Of a DNA stretch of 64,000 nucleotides, positions 39,260-52,415 are shown piece after piece. Position 1 is the first letter of the stretch. Each line of letters starts with the position of its first letter. A program made the translations under genes and the position numbers. The stretch is from Callorhinchus milii (lineage: Eukaryota): positions 4,218,001-4,282,000 of the forward strand of contig NW_024704743.1 in assembly GCF_018977255.1 (NCBI RefSeq), read 5' to 3'. The notes under the pieces are model-generated. The model did no database searches. It saw nothing but the letters and a program-made list of their open reading frames with translations, and was not told where the DNA came from.

Positions 39260-39620
39260 TCTTGTCACACCGCAAATCATATTCCGACTGCACCCAGTCT
39301 CCCACCTAATTGACTTCAAGATCCTCAATCTCACCTACAAATCCTTACACACCCTCACCCCTCCCTAACTCAATCACCTCCCCGGGCTCTCTCTTCTGCT
39401 TATCCCTCTGCTCGACAAACTCAGGCCTGTTCCACATTCCTCACGCTCACCAGGCCACCATCGGCAGCTGAAGCTTAAGCTACTATGCGCCCACCTGGAA
39501 CATTCTCCTTAAATCCCTATACCTCACCCCCTCTCCACTTGTCTTCAAAAAGTTCCTGAAAATCTACCTCTTCACCCATGCTAATGGCCACCTCCATTCT
39601 CCCCTCCCTTCTCAGTGACC
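39260..39620 (+). mobile_element. L2 LINE 3' fragment
   Basis: ttgacttcaagatcctcaatctcacctacaaatcc..ccaccatcggcagctgaagcttaagc..tcttcaaaaagttcctgaaaatctacctc. Confidence 0.75.
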
Positions 39621-39906
39621 GCAGTCACTCTAGAGATCTTCGAGACCTCAACCCGATTCATACGGCTCTAGAAAACCCAGGTTGTTGGAAGATGCGTAAA
39701 CAGTCATTTCCATCCACTCAGGCATCTGTTAAACAAAATGAATTTGTTTGAACAAAGAGCCCCAGGGTTTAACAGACGAAGCAAAGTACTGCTCCCTAAA
39801 TGTAATAGTTTGGATCACCAAAAACAGGCCCAACAAAGAAATATGAAGGCTTTTTTAAAAGGCGCATACATGATGATTTTTGGCCCGCACAAAAACATTT
39901 ACTTAC

Positions 39907-39983
39907 ACTTGGGTCAGTCACAGGCTGTGGGGTGGGCAATTGTACGATGTATCGCCAGATGTGAGCGGTCTGATCGCCAGATG
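39907..39983 (-). CDS. WDR37: WDR37 coding exon (approx. exon 9), 77 bp, (A)[25 protein letters not shown]
   Basis: cttaaag| acceptor, |gtaagt donor; phase 1 to 0. Confidence 0.96.
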
Positions 39984-41680
39984 CTTTAAGTCAAATACAG
40001 ATAGTCTTAAGAGGTCAATCATTGTAACATCCTTGGGTACAAGTGTTAATATAGCATTTTTAAATTAGACGCAAAAAAAGCTCACGTAAAACAGAAATAA
40101 CCATTTTGCATCATTAAAAACAGGCAAATAAGCACAATAGCGCTTGGATCCTTTTTGAATTGATGCCATGATTTTGAAGCGGCAACCTCCTGTGGTCCTG
40201 TTACTTAACTGACGCTCAAACGAAGGTGCAGGTGAGAGTGCCTCATACCAACTTAGCTGATAACCACGCTTCCATTTACCTACACTGGAACTGAAGTGAA
40301 GAGGCACTAAAATGGCTAACGTGAGAGAGAATGGCAAATACACGGTGGTACTATATTGACCCCACATCTCCTGATCACATTTTTAACCTCTTTTCTGGGT
40401 ATCTGATGCATGCAGAAATCTATCACCATGTTAACCTATTTCATTACACGTAAGCTGGTCCTAAGTAGTGTCGATAGCTGGCTTACATCAAATGCTGAAC
40501 AAAACGATGAAAACAAATTCTTACTGATTTCTTCATAAGTTTTAATCGTTGAAAGAAATCAAACTTTATGATTACAAATACAATTTTAGTTTATCCTTAC
40601 AGAAAATGACAGCTACAAATAAGGATTGAATTTTAAATGCAGCACAAAACATCATCGGTCCATTAGCTGAATTTAGGGCTTTAAACCACAATGCGTTTTC
40701 AAGACAATCAGAAACTTCTGAATAACCAATTTATGTGAACACGTAGATATTGCCGAAATGGTGATGTGTGTAGACTATTACACCATCTAATGGCTTTATA
40801 TAATAAATTGATTGCAGCCCCAAAGAAGGGGCACCACCAAAGTAGGTGCAGTTAGTGCATGAAGAGATGTCCAAACAGAAATCAGCTGCTCCCTGAATGA
40901 GGACCCAACTTTTTACTTGATGCGGATGATTCTTTTTGTAGCAACACAATATACCAACATCACAAGCCTCCCTGTGACACTGGCAGATCCTCCCTTATGA
41001 ATAGAGTTCATAAATGGAGTTCTGCTCTTTACTTGACACAGAGAGGGACGTGTTGTGATTCCAATCACAGCCATAAGCGGATTCTGATTAAGACTTGCTA
41101 TATAGGACATGGCTCGTATGAACCTTTGTGCTGCCACTCAAAAAGCCTTAGAAAGATAAGAATGTGATCAGTGGAGAAAAAGAGAAAAGGTTAATTGAGC
41201 TAGTCCCAAGGTGATGTGTTTCCCCGAGTAGCCTATTCACACATTCACATGCTGTGTGCCCAAAAGTTATTTAATTCTGAACTATCTGTCCTCTTCTGAA
41301 CGATAGATCGTAATCAAATTTAACAGGTCAGTTTCCACTGGGCAAAATGTTTAGTAATTGTCATCGTCACACACTAGTCTGCTCGGTTTAATTTACTGCC
41401 TATTATTTAAGATGGGGAAACATAAATATTATACCCATACCGTAAGCATTTTGCTACGTGTGATGTAAGATTAAGAAACAAGAGTTCAGTGTTTTCCGGA
41501 TGTAACAGATGGTCTGAATCTGCCTTCAGACTTTCTTGAGAAATCACGAGCATGCTTCCCTCACATAGTTTAAGAATCATCACGGTCAAAGTGTCGCGAT
41601 ATGCCACAGTATCACACTCATTTCGCCATTTTAAGCAGATTTGATGCATTTTATACATGAAACACTCCCCCATAGCGTAC

Positions 41681-41725
41681 CTGTGAGAGCAACTTGTTCT
41701 GAAGGATGAAACTTGATAGAATTCA
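41681..41725 (-). CDS. WDR37: WDR37 coding exon (approx. exon 8), 45 bp, (V)NSIKFHPSEQVALT
   Basis: Poly-T tract + tag| acceptor, |gtacgc donor; phase 1 to 1. Confidence 0.95.
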
Positions 41726-42161
41726 CTAAAAAAAAAGAATATCAATATATCTCAATTTCTTAGCACTATCTTTTTTTAGAAAACAATCGTTTTAAAGCTA
41801 TTTTAACCAGAAGCTGGTTTAATACAGTTTTTTTTTAAGTCACATGCAGAAAGCATCAATCACCATGCTTTAGAAAAACAAAACAAAAACAGACGTGAGT
41901 TCCACGTAAGCACATCAGGGACACATGACAATTTAAGAATAGTTTTTCTCCTTCACAATTTCTAGAAAAGCTGAAATGCCAATGCTTCTAGTTCAGCACC
42001 TCAAGAGACTTTAAAGCCATTCTCTTAACTTGACCGAAAGCATTTAACATCATTGTACTTGTATTTTAACCTCATCTGCTAGAACCAGTTACTTAGACAT
42101 GCAGTTCTAGATTATCCAACCAAAATCATCCAAATACCTATGCTGAATTTAACAAACTCAC

Positions 42162-42233
42162 CTGACCCAGCATGTCCCATGTATTTGAGAAGACATTTTC
42201 CTGTCTCAATGCTCCATAACATAGCACTGTGAT
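42162..42233 (-). CDS. WDR37: WDR37 coding exon (approx. exon 7), 72 bp, (D)[23 protein letters not shown]
   Basis: gttcaaag| acceptor, |gtgagt donor; phase 1 to 1. Confidence 0.96.
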
Positions 42234-42529
42234 CTTTGAACAAAAACAAGACAATTGTCGGTAATAACAAAATCAATTACTGTACTTCTTCCTAAGTGAT
42301 TGTGCTTTACCAGGTCTAATTATCTCAACAGTGAGCATAGTATTTCCTCGTAAACGCAAGACAAAAACATTTAGAATGCCAGCATCGATATGACTGAAGA
42401 CGGAGGAGAAGTTACATGACCTTATTAGCATGTACTTAAGGTCCTGCTGCAGGCATATTAATTGATGAAAGTTTCCAAACTTGGGAATAAAGGGCTAGGA
42501 TATTGCAGAACAATAAAAATATACCACAC

Positions 42530-43350
42530 TGTAGAAGGCCAATTATTTTGTGTCAATGTTTCTCCAAGAAGCCATCCATCCTAATGCCAATTCCATGCAC
42601 TTTCTAATCTGTTTGTACCTTCTAATACGCTTTGCCTGCATGTGCTTGTCCACTTTTTTGTTAATTGCCCCAAATCTGCTCTAACAGGCAATTAGAACTG
42701 GCAAATAATTTTATATCCTGATTACACTGACGGAAGAAATTGTACTGAACCACTCCTTTTACTCCCCTAGTCAGTCTTGAATTTGTGCCCTCTTCTCCTC
42801 AAATCCCCGACCAGCAGAAAGTTTTTCTTCCCACAAAATTAATTCTTTTAAACCCTTATCTTCAAGTACCTTCATCGTATCACCGTTCAGCCTTTCTGCT
42901 CAAACAGGAAGAGTCTCAATATTTCTAGCCACTCCTCATACCTATAGGTTTCTAGGATCATCCCCAGTGAATTTATTCTGTACTCTCTCCTTAGCTGTAA
43001 TATCTCATTTCTACCGTACCCAAAGCTACATTCAGCAGCAACCATAACCAGTGTCATACAGATTCATCATCACTTATTTACTTTTGTATTCAATGGCTCC
43101 ATATGGAAAACCCATAATCTTGTTTGCCCTTTGAACAGTCAATTTCCACTCGTAATCCCACTTTTAACAAACTATGCTTTTGTACCTGGAAGATCTCCCA
43201 CCCCTGTTCTTCCATTCCATCCCGCCAGCCAGGGTATAATATCCCTCCCCATTCTTTCTCCAAAAATGCACCACTTTATTTTTTAGTGTACTGAACTCCA
43301 TTTTTTTTTAACAAATCTGCCCACTCCGTAAACCTGTCATTATGTGCCTG
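42530..43350 (-). mobile_element. Old CR1-like LINE ORF2/3' fragment
   Basis: Antisense CR1 phrases (ttttatatcctgattacactgacggaagaaa; ccccagtgaatttattctgtactctctcc; aaaatgcaccacttta; aaatctgcccactcc). Confidence 0.6.
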
Positions 43351-43989
43351 GAGTTTCCTGCACTCTTCAAGTCAGCCGCGTGTCTGATACAAGCAGAAAC
43401 CTAACGCCACGCTTCAGAGTACCCAAACCAGACCGAGAGCCACCTACAAATAGAAATTCCTGTGTGTCTGGAATGCAAGGCTCTGCTTGCCCAATTCCCA
43501 AGGCAAGTGAGTCAGGGCTAACGCACTCTTAACTTAGATCAACTTCCTGGGTGTTGGATGAAGATGGCCAATCTCAGGATTGTATTGACGAGCCTAATTC
43601 AGACCAATGGATGAATGGATCCTGGAGACTTTATTTTAGATTTTAAACATTTTCGAAAAGGGGTATCCGTTCTAGCAGGAACCCCCTCGAAAACGCTATG
43701 TGCGGTTCGAATCACAAGCGCGATGCCAAATGAGCAACCGCGAAACGGGTAAAAACGATTCCGCGGACCGAGAAGGTGACGCTTGAATCCGATCGCTCGT
43801 TTTCATAGAAGAAATGAAACGTTTCGTAGCCCCCTACTGAGCGTTTCGTTTTGCGCAACAATCGTTTCGCACAAAGTGACGCTGAATAAAACGCGCCCTT
43901 GTGAAACGTGCGGGAACCGGGACTCAATCCCAGTGTAAATAATCATGGCAAGAGGTTAGGAGAACATTGAGATAAAGGTAGAATGTTAC

Positions 43990-44125
43990 CAGCTGATGCT
44001 GTGCCCAGCACCACAGGCTGTGATCGTGTAACGCTGACGTCCCAAATCCCATCCCTGTGTCCTACGTACTCTTTCACCAGCTGACAGACCGCTCTTGAAG
44101 TCGTCGTCTTGAAACTCGACACAAT
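43990..44125 (-). CDS. WDR37: WDR37 coding exon (approx. exon 6), 136 bp, [45 protein letters not shown]
   Basis: ttttcaag| acceptor, |gtaaca donor; begins the first WD40 repeat (GH motif). Confidence 0.97.
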
Positions 44126-44187
44126 CTTGAAAATAAGGGTTCACAACTTTTCAGGCTACGACATTAGTCGATCTACGGCACGCAAGT

Positions 44188-44214
44188 CTGTGTGTGTGTG
44201 TGTGTGTGTGTGTG
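44188..44214 (+). repeat. (TG)n microsatellite
   Basis: Direct inspection. Confidence 0.95.
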
Positions 44215-44904
44215 TTTGACGGCAATTTTCAGAAGCCAGCCAACCTCATCTCAGACACGGATTAATTTATTCAGAAAACGTTACTGGTTTTCAACAGCGA
44301 TTTGCACTGTTTTGCGCCAAAAAGTTCAGTTCCCCTTGATAAATAGTTTGAGACAGATTCACACGAGAATATGTTTGGATGTCCAAAATACCTTCGTCAG
44401 TGTCGGGACCTGTGACAAGGAATTACTTCAGGGGCTAGTATTTTCTAAAAAAAAACTTTGATATATTCCGAGTACACTCACGCCCTGAAGCAGAACTTGA
44501 AATTAATCAGTTGAACAGTCACAGCTACAAAAAGACAATCAGGAAGAATTGCCACTGGATATATTTGGCCTTTCAGAGGAGTTCGGTGAAATTAATAACA
44601 GTTCTGCATGGTGCTTACACAGAAACTGCAATTGAATACCTCTTTACTACTGCATCTCACCACCATAGTTCTGTGTTATACACCATATAAAATCAAAGTA
44701 ACCAAAGGATTGCAAAGCCACATTGTTCAGGCAGGTGATGAAAAGGGGATTGGAGTTATTGCTGAATGTTAAACACTGCCAAATATGCACAATGTGTAGC
44801 TCTGCTTGTTTTTTTTGCTTCTGATCAGAATTAGAGGATCGAGTGGCAGCAGCACAAAAAAAATTGTAGAACCTGCATTTTTCTTTAATGACAGTTGAGT
44901 TCCT

Positions 44905-45119
44905 GGCTAACAATAATCCCTCCAAAAAAGAAAACAATAATAAATTTGTCATTTTCAATCCATGACTGTTTGTGGGGACCCTGCTGTGCGCAATCGGCTG
45001 CCGCGTTTCGCCCACAGACATACAGTCAAGTCACTTTACAGCATATTCTGTGAAGCGCTTTGAGAAATCTAGAAGATGTGAAAAGCTCTGTATCAAATGC
45101 AAGGATTATTATTATTATT
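44905..45119 (+). mobile_element. SINE 3' half (intermediate variant)
   Basis: ctaacaataatccctccaaaa (short-type junction) with gagaaatctagaagatgtgaaaagc (long-type tail). Confidence 0.82.
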
Positions 45120-45711
45120 TCTTCAAATGATTTTAAGACACAAAGTGCAACCATATCGCCCTAATTCAGTGTCATTGCTTTCAAGTGTTAAGTTGCTTTG
45201 AAAAGCTCTGTTATGTAATCGATGTGATATAAATGCAAGTTGTTACAATGGAATGATGTACAGATGAACCATTAGATGTTTACATTAACTGAAACACGAG
45301 ACTCCGACTTTACTCAATAAATTCCTGAATCTCAATCAATGCATTTTACTTAAAAGCTTATGAAATAGGCCCAACTTTTGAATGTTCTTGGAAATGGAAA
45401 TGTCTTGTTGTAAATTTCCAATAATTTACAAACCTAGAGCACATTTTTCACATTCATTAATATTCGCTGAATAAATGCCAAAAATGTTTTTCTCAATAAA
45501 TATTGAGAATTGATTGATTGATTTTATTTGGGGGAATACAAAATCTAAAAAAAAAGGGGAGCTTTACTCAGTCAGTCAATGTTGATATTTAACGCTGGTT
45601 CAGCTGCCTGAAAAACTGCACAGACAAACTGAGAGGCACATCAATGCAGTGTGTAAAGGCAGAAATACACCAACAACACAGAAACAACCCCAAGCATATA
45701 AGCCCAATTAT

Positions 45712-46086
45712 ATAATAATAATCCTGGGATTTGATGTAGCTCCTTATCACATCTTCAAGGCATCTCAAAGCGCTTCACAGGATATACTGTAAAGTGAATT
45801 AACTGTATAGTTTGTGGGCAAACCGCGGCAGCCAATTGTGCACAGCAGCGTCCCACAAACAGTCGTGCATTGATCGAAGTGACCGATTTATTATTATTTT
45901 TTAAAAGGAATATTACCCCCGGAAAAGCGATCCGCCAATCGACTAACAACCGGGTTCCTACTTACTGCTGGGTAACCAGAGGCGTGTGGAGTAGGGAAAC
46001 TTGCCCAAGGTTTCACCCTGCCGGGAATCGAACCCAGGTCTCTCGCTTGGGAGACGAGTGCTCTAACCACTGAGCTACAAGACTCC
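45712..46086 (-). mobile_element. tRNA-headed SINE, long form, full length
   Basis: Reverse complement of the full consensus incl. B-box ggaatcgaacc. Confidence 0.9.
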
Positions 46087-48224
46087 AATTCAGCTGCTGT
46101 CTGGGATATGAAGTCCGAAAACCTTACTTTTTTATCTGCCAAAATGTGGGTTTCGAGGAGGTAGTCACTGCAAGCTCCTAAGACAGTGGTTTATTCAGAA
46201 ACCGCACATAAGAATTAAATATACGATTCCCTGATTTTCACACTTTCAACAACCAAATTTCGATAAAATCAAAATTGATTGACCAGCCATAACAAATGTC
46301 CAGCCGATGCAGTCAGCTGCTTCTCTGATTAACTCAAGGCAGCCGTCTTGTCCTTCAATCAAGCAGTCTAGCCTCAATTTCACGCTACTGTGATCTTGCG
46401 TATTCATTAAATATTCACTACTTATTTCATTAATAATTGGTTATTAATCTTGAATTCTTCAACAGTGCAGTTTAAATTTTTTTTTAATGCTTTAGGCATT
46501 TCAGATTTCACATGCTGATTTCATGGAATAAACAGACAGGCTTTGTATCAAGGCAGCTTCAGCTAAATCTTGATACCTTAACATGTCCAACTGTTTTATA
46601 ATTCCATTGTATTTCTAGTAATAAGCAAAAATATTAAAAGAAAATTCTACGATTGCTGACTTGGGGTAACCTGTAGAAGATAATTCACAGAAAAGATACC
46701 AATTGAATGTTATTTTCCACTATTAAACAGATTTTTTTTCTCGAAAAAACAGTGTTATTACATACAAGATTCACAAAAAGTTTGCCCGAAATGACCAGCT
46801 CATGCTGAAAGCATTCTTTTTATTAGAACAACAAAACGGTCCACAAGTGCAGCAGTTAAAAGCACAAGTCTCGTGTTAGAAAGGCAAAGGGCACTGGCAA
46901 TAAATGGATACGGAAAATTATCCGTTCATTAAAAATACATAAAGGGACCAACAAACCATTTGAAAGACCTTCATGTGAATTAGTCAATTAGTTAAAATAC
47001 ACACACTCAGCATTCAAGTGTTATTTGATGCTGCATGTCAGTTTTCAGTAGCAAAGATAGTGGCTTCAATTGACAGTAATTTTAAAAGAAATTGAATGGA
47101 TTAAATGTAAAATAAGTTTTTTTTGGGGAGGGGGGAATAAGTCTCAAGTTAAAACTATAATTTCTGAGAAGTCCCAAGGCTCTGAACTGTCAGGAATTTG
47201 GACCCGAGTGGGGAGGGAGACGTGGGGGACGGGGGGGGATTGGGATCAGTGGTGAGATACTAAGTTCGGTGAGACTAATGATGGGATACTTCGAATTTAA
47301 AAACCCGATATACAAATTAATGTGTTAATTTGTTGCTATTCATTTTAAGATTTTCTCTCGTCACATTTGACTCTGTTTAAAAGAAATTAGACCCTGAAAA
47401 TTAGATCAGGAGCTTTACAACAATGAGGATATGTTGAAGCCTACACATTGCACAAAATAGGGACTGATCAATCAGCTGTCTAGTGGATGAAAAACACCTT
47501 TTATCGTTAAACTTGATATCTTAGTACAGAGATGTGGGAAAGGGGGGAGAAGACCAAAGCCAGAAACACTCTCTCTCTCTCACACACCCACAGGTCAACA
47601 CTACCACTGTATGGCAACATCAGGCACTGCAGAAAGAAGACAAATGCATGAGATGTTTTCAGTGAAAAATGATCAGTCCTTTAAAAATCACACTGGACGA
47701 GAGCCATTCCTACATGTTCGAACTAATCCCACTCAGGGAGAAAGGGGTAAAAAAAAAAGTTGAAGGTGAGGGTGGCACAGTTGGAAATATAGGCCTTAAG
47801 TTGGGCTTTGAAACTGGAACAAAAGTCTACAATACACACTCACGCACCACGTACATACACACACACACACACGATACACGTGAATATTTATAATTATTGC
47901 TAATCGGCTCTCTATCAGCAGCGGCAAGTTGCATGCACGCATCTACAAGGTCTGTTGGACAACTTAGCTTCAAGTTTGGACAACTTAGCTTCTTCTGTAC
48001 TGTTAGTGAACTACATAGCTGTCGATCAACTTAACATTTTACAACAATCCTTTTAAAATTAATCTCGAGGAGGCAGATTTATTAATTTAGGTTCCATGTA
48101 CTCTGTGTTAAGGGACCATATCTTTCTCTCTCCCCCCACCGCCACCCCACCACCGTTTGAAAGAAAAGTTGCTGGCACAAATTGAATGTCACATAACCTA
48201 CCGAACATTCACTTTACTTAGGAA

Positions 48225-48470
48225 AACAGGAATAGGAAGAGGCCATTCACAGATTCAGCCACTCAGATCATCAAGCCTGTTCCACCGGTTTATTAGATGT
48301 GGGCAGAGTTATTAATCCCACTGCCCAGTACTTTCTCCAAACCTTTACTACCCAAGGAGCTACCAATTTCTGTTTGAACACTACATTGATTCTACCTCCA
48401 CAGCTGGAATGGGGCAGATCATTCCACGTCTTCACCCGCCTCTGTGTGAACAAATGCTTCCCCGGCCTCA
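48225..48470 (-). mobile_element. CR1 LINE 3' end
   Basis: ggaataggaagaggccattc..cagcc..ggcagatcattccacgtcttcacccgcctctgtgtgaacaaatgcttc; ORF 48271..48471 contains FTQRRVKTWNDLP. Confidence 0.75.
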
Positions 48471-50001
48471 TTTCTGAGTCGGTTCTGATTTTAAGGTTAC
48501 GCCTTGCACTCTGTACGAGTGTAGAAGCACCTCCTTACTTTTTATATTCCAGAGGTCTTGTGATAAAAGAGGGCGCCTTTCATTCCCTTCACACAGCACC
48601 AGTTCACACAGCTATTTCTTTGCCCTGAAAGCTCCCTTGATTTGGCTAATGCCATGCCACTACCCGGGCACACAAAAACATACTCAATGTCCAAACCAAA
48701 TTAATTTTCTATAACACAACACGAATGCAAATGAGCTGCCTCGAAATTAGGTGTAGCTTCTGCTGTGGACTTGCCTCTAAGGGACGCTGGGTTAGAGATG
48801 CCTGAAATCCATTTTCATGCAATTATCAGACCAGATATTGTCATCCCATTTGTCTGGGTCAGATGGGACCCCAGTTTCCAGAGGTCAGAATGTAAAGTTT
48901 TAATTCACTGTGCCTCGCAGTTTGGGACAAGCTATTAGTAATCCCAATCATTCAAATTACATCAAGCGTTTGAAACAAACACAGGCAGACCATGCCCATA
49001 TTTTAATTATACAGAGGAAAAGACGATAAGAATTTTCTAGCAGAGCAGAAAACATATCGACCAGGCTTTTGTCCGTGCATTTCTTGAATCGAAATGCAAT
49101 TCAATTGTGCGATTGTTTTTATAGGTATTCCAAGCACAGATTTGGGATTAGTAAAAAGAGAGCACACCATTATCAGACAATTAACACCAAACACTTTGAA
49201 AGGTATCGTCAGCTTAGCCAGTTTTTTTCCCCCTTCCTCCCACTGTCGATTTGTGATTTCCGCAGAGAAGAAAAAGACTGAAAAAGAGATCAAACCTTCA
49301 AAACCAGGCAGATTCAATTGTTAATCGGGTTCCCGAATACTCACAAGGTTACCGACGTAGTATAACTGCGTCATAGCTCAATCCAAAGCATTTTCACGGC
49401 ACAAAGGAAAACAAATTTTTGAAGTGCGCGGAGGCAGCCTCGGTCATCGCTACTGCTCATGATGCAACATGCAGATTGCTTCGTTGGAATACAAAGCGAT
49501 TACCCAAGAGTCTCCACCCCATAACTCCCAACTTCCTACGTTGAAGTTGCGTGGTCCACCTTGGAAAGAATTTGACCTCTACATCGTAAGCAGAAGAGAA
49601 GGCTGAGGTTGTGTTGCTGGCTTGGTTGGAATATCACACATCTCTATAAAACGGCTACTATTTCCAGACTAACAAAGCACAGCGTATTTGGTTCAAGCCA
49701 CCTCCCGAGTATACGTGATAAATATTTCACACGCAAAAAGAAAAAAGAAAAAAAAAATGCCGAAACACCCCCCCAACCCACCCCCACCCCAAACTTTTTA
49801 AGCTTTCATGAAAAATATCTTCATTCCGACCATTTAATGTTAATTCGTATTTCCTTTCAATCCAGAAATTCTTCATGCAGCATCAATCAGAGATTAAAAA
49901 CTTAAGAGAACAATTCAATATTGATGCGTAAAAGCTTCTACGGTTTTAAAAATAAGATGAAATATTAAACTCTTCGAGAGGATACAGAGCAACAGTGTTA
50001 C

Positions 50002-50066
50002 CTTGCTGGTGGATGCCTTGTAAGTGGTCTTCAGTTTCTGAGATAACTGACTGGTACTGTGGCTGG
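50002..50066 (-). CDS. WDR37: WDR37 coding exon (approx. exon 5), 65 bp, (A)SHSTSQLSQKLKTTYKASTSK
   Basis: Matches the recalled WDR37 motif; tgtgcag| acceptor, |gtaaca donor; part of ORF 49915..50154. Confidence 0.97.
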
Positions 50067-50861
50067 CTGCACAAATGTAAACAGAACCATCATCAGCTGG
50101 GTGATGGGAGCTGGACGCACATCCAGCGCTTTTCGAAGCAAAGCTAAAATTCATTTCAGAGCCTTAACGGCGGGAGGGAAAAATAAAAACGAGAGTTGAA
50201 GCGCGTCACTTTCCTCTCAAGTCGAGCTGGTCGGATTACTTGCAGCAACTGTTATGGCTGAAGAAGCCAATTCCTAAAAAGCAGATGTGTATTTGGTGCG
50301 CGGGGAAAGACAGCGATTCGCATAAAACGTGTGTCCTTCTGCTCCGATGCACCTTTTTAAAAACCCGGCACTGCAAATAATTCAGCAATGGTTAAAGAAT
50401 TTTTTTTTCTCTCTCTTGCTTTCTAAATAAAAGTTTAAAGCGACGTGAATTCGCACATTTGTCTAACAGCATCGTGCTTCGCATCATAAAGGACTATTTC
50501 CTCTTCGGCACTATTTCCTCTGAATACGGTTTGGGCTCCCGACGCGCTTGAACAGTGTGCGACGCAAGTTTTATCGATGTTGCGGAAAGATGCACCTGTT
50601 TGCAGGCAAGTAATCGCGCACAGCATCAGTGAAGGAGACCGTTCAGGAGAAGTTTTCACGTCACAACATCAGACATAAAATTCTGATGGTTAATAAACTG
50701 CATTTAACGTCATTACCAACAGTGTTGGCGTTTCAAAATGCAAAGGTAAAATCACATTACATTTTTTACTTAATTACAATAAAACTACATTTAAAACACA
50801 ATAAAAAAAATATAGGAAGTGACATTGCTGAAAATTGAGTGTTTGAGCATTCCACACTACT

Positions 50862-51365
50862 GAGCCAGTCCAGAACCTTGGAGTCTTGTTTGACCCTCAA
50901 CTATCCTTTCTATCTTACATCCGAGCAATGACCTGCTCTCCCTTCTCCCACCTCCTCAATCTTGCCCGGCTCCGCCATTGTCTCTCCCTCGAGCCTCATC
51001 CGTGTATTTATCACATCTAGGCTCGACTACGCCAACTCCCTGTTTGTCGACCTTCCCAACTCTTCCCTCCACGGCTGCAGATCATCCAGAACTCTGGAGC
51101 TCGTGCCCTCTCCTGCACCAGGCTCCGTGACCCCCATCACCCCCACACTCACCCGGCTCCACTGGTTGCCAATGCTCCAGAGGATAGAGTTCAAAATCCT
51201 CGCCCTCGCCTTCAAGGCCTTCTACAGCCTTGCTAAACCCATCATCAACACGTCCGCTGCCTCCGCTCCTCAGGTTGTGGCCTGCTCCACGTCCCCTGCC
51301 TTGCCCGCCCCACCATCGGTGGCCGGGCCTTCAGCCTCTCTGCCCCTACCCTTTGGAACTTCATC
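50862..51365 (+). mobile_element. L2 LINE ORF2 fragment
   Basis: ORF 50962..51783 N-half gives FITSRLDYANSLF and PITPTLTRLHWLPMLQRIEFKILALAFKA. Confidence 0.9.
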
Positions 51366-52080
51366 CTACAGTCATAACCAATGGTTAAAAAAAAGGCTAT
51401 TTGAGATGAGAGGTAATGAGGCCCCTCTTCTTCTTAATCAAAAGGCATCCAGAGCTGATTGCTTTTGGGGGAAGTGTGAAGGAAGTAATGTTCACAGTGA
51501 CTTCACGGATGGAGGTACGATTGCACCAAAATCTAAATGCATGGCTGCCTGCCGTTCAGGAGGTACAGCTTGGACCATCCCACCCAACCTCACCCCTTCC
51601 AAGGAAAAGGGATTCTTGGAACTCCAAAATTCCCATTTAATAGCAGATAGAAATGATATTCCTGGTGCAGCAGGAGTAATGGCTCGGGCCAAAGAGAGGC
51701 AAATGGAACTCTTGCTAATTAGGTCTCGCAGCTTGCCTTTAGAGGAAGGTTCCCCGGTAAAAGGGCCAACAGTTTGGTGGTGAACTGGCATGCGATTCAA
51801 CCAGTTTGTTCCAATCTGCACCGATACATTCACGCTTGATGTCCAATAGCTGCTGCTTTATCCAAACTGATATTCTGTGTACTGAAATATTGCAGCAAAT
51901 GTAGTAAGCTCAAAAGCTATGCAATTATCATATATTGAATCACTCAATTCATAACATGCAGTCAAATTTGTAATCTATTGTTTAAAAAAGATTGACGGGT
52001 AAATAACGTAAATGTAAGTTCAGTCACTCTCATATATATATATATATATGGGATGCGGTAAATCAATCAAAAAGATTAAC

Positions 52081-52176
52081 CTTTTGCCTTCAACGGCCCT
52101 TTGCTTAGATCTCCCCCATCTACAGTTTGCCCTTCAGCTGCCAGGCGATCATTCAAAGTCTCAATTTCTCTCCGCA
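52081..52176 (-). CDS. WDR37: WDR37 coding exon (approx. exon 4), 96 bp, (L)[31 protein letters not shown]
   Basis: ttttgcag| acceptor, |gttaat donor; phase 1 to 1; peptide continues WDR37. Confidence 0.95.
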
Positions 52177-52415
52177 CTGCAAAACATAAGAGGGAAGGAA
52201 AAACAGTGTACTTTTCATGACACGATCTATAACATTAGACTAAGTAGATTTTAATTTGGGACTGCATTTAAACCTGATGTGAAATACTGCGATGCCAATT
52301 GTCCAACAAGTGTCCCCAAAAGTTATGCCTCCTTTCCATCTTCTCAAGATTCTTTAATTCAAAACTTACAAACCCTAACATAGACACAAAAGAGTTTTGA
52401 AATTCGCCGGTGCAG

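Noticed and set aside
47955..47991. Short tandem duplication of ttggacaacttagcttc
   Set aside because: Trivial two-copy slippage; no array or CRISPR-like structure.
50190..50625. Scattered inverted matches (gattacttgc/gcaagtaatc; aagcgcgtc/gacgcgctt)
   Set aside because: The matches are short and not collinear; too weak to call a hairpin element.
50962..51783. Longest ORF (273 aa)
   Set aside because: The N-half is decayed L2 ORF2 drifting out of frame; the C-half has no recognisable domain. Non-ATG start, antisense in an intron.
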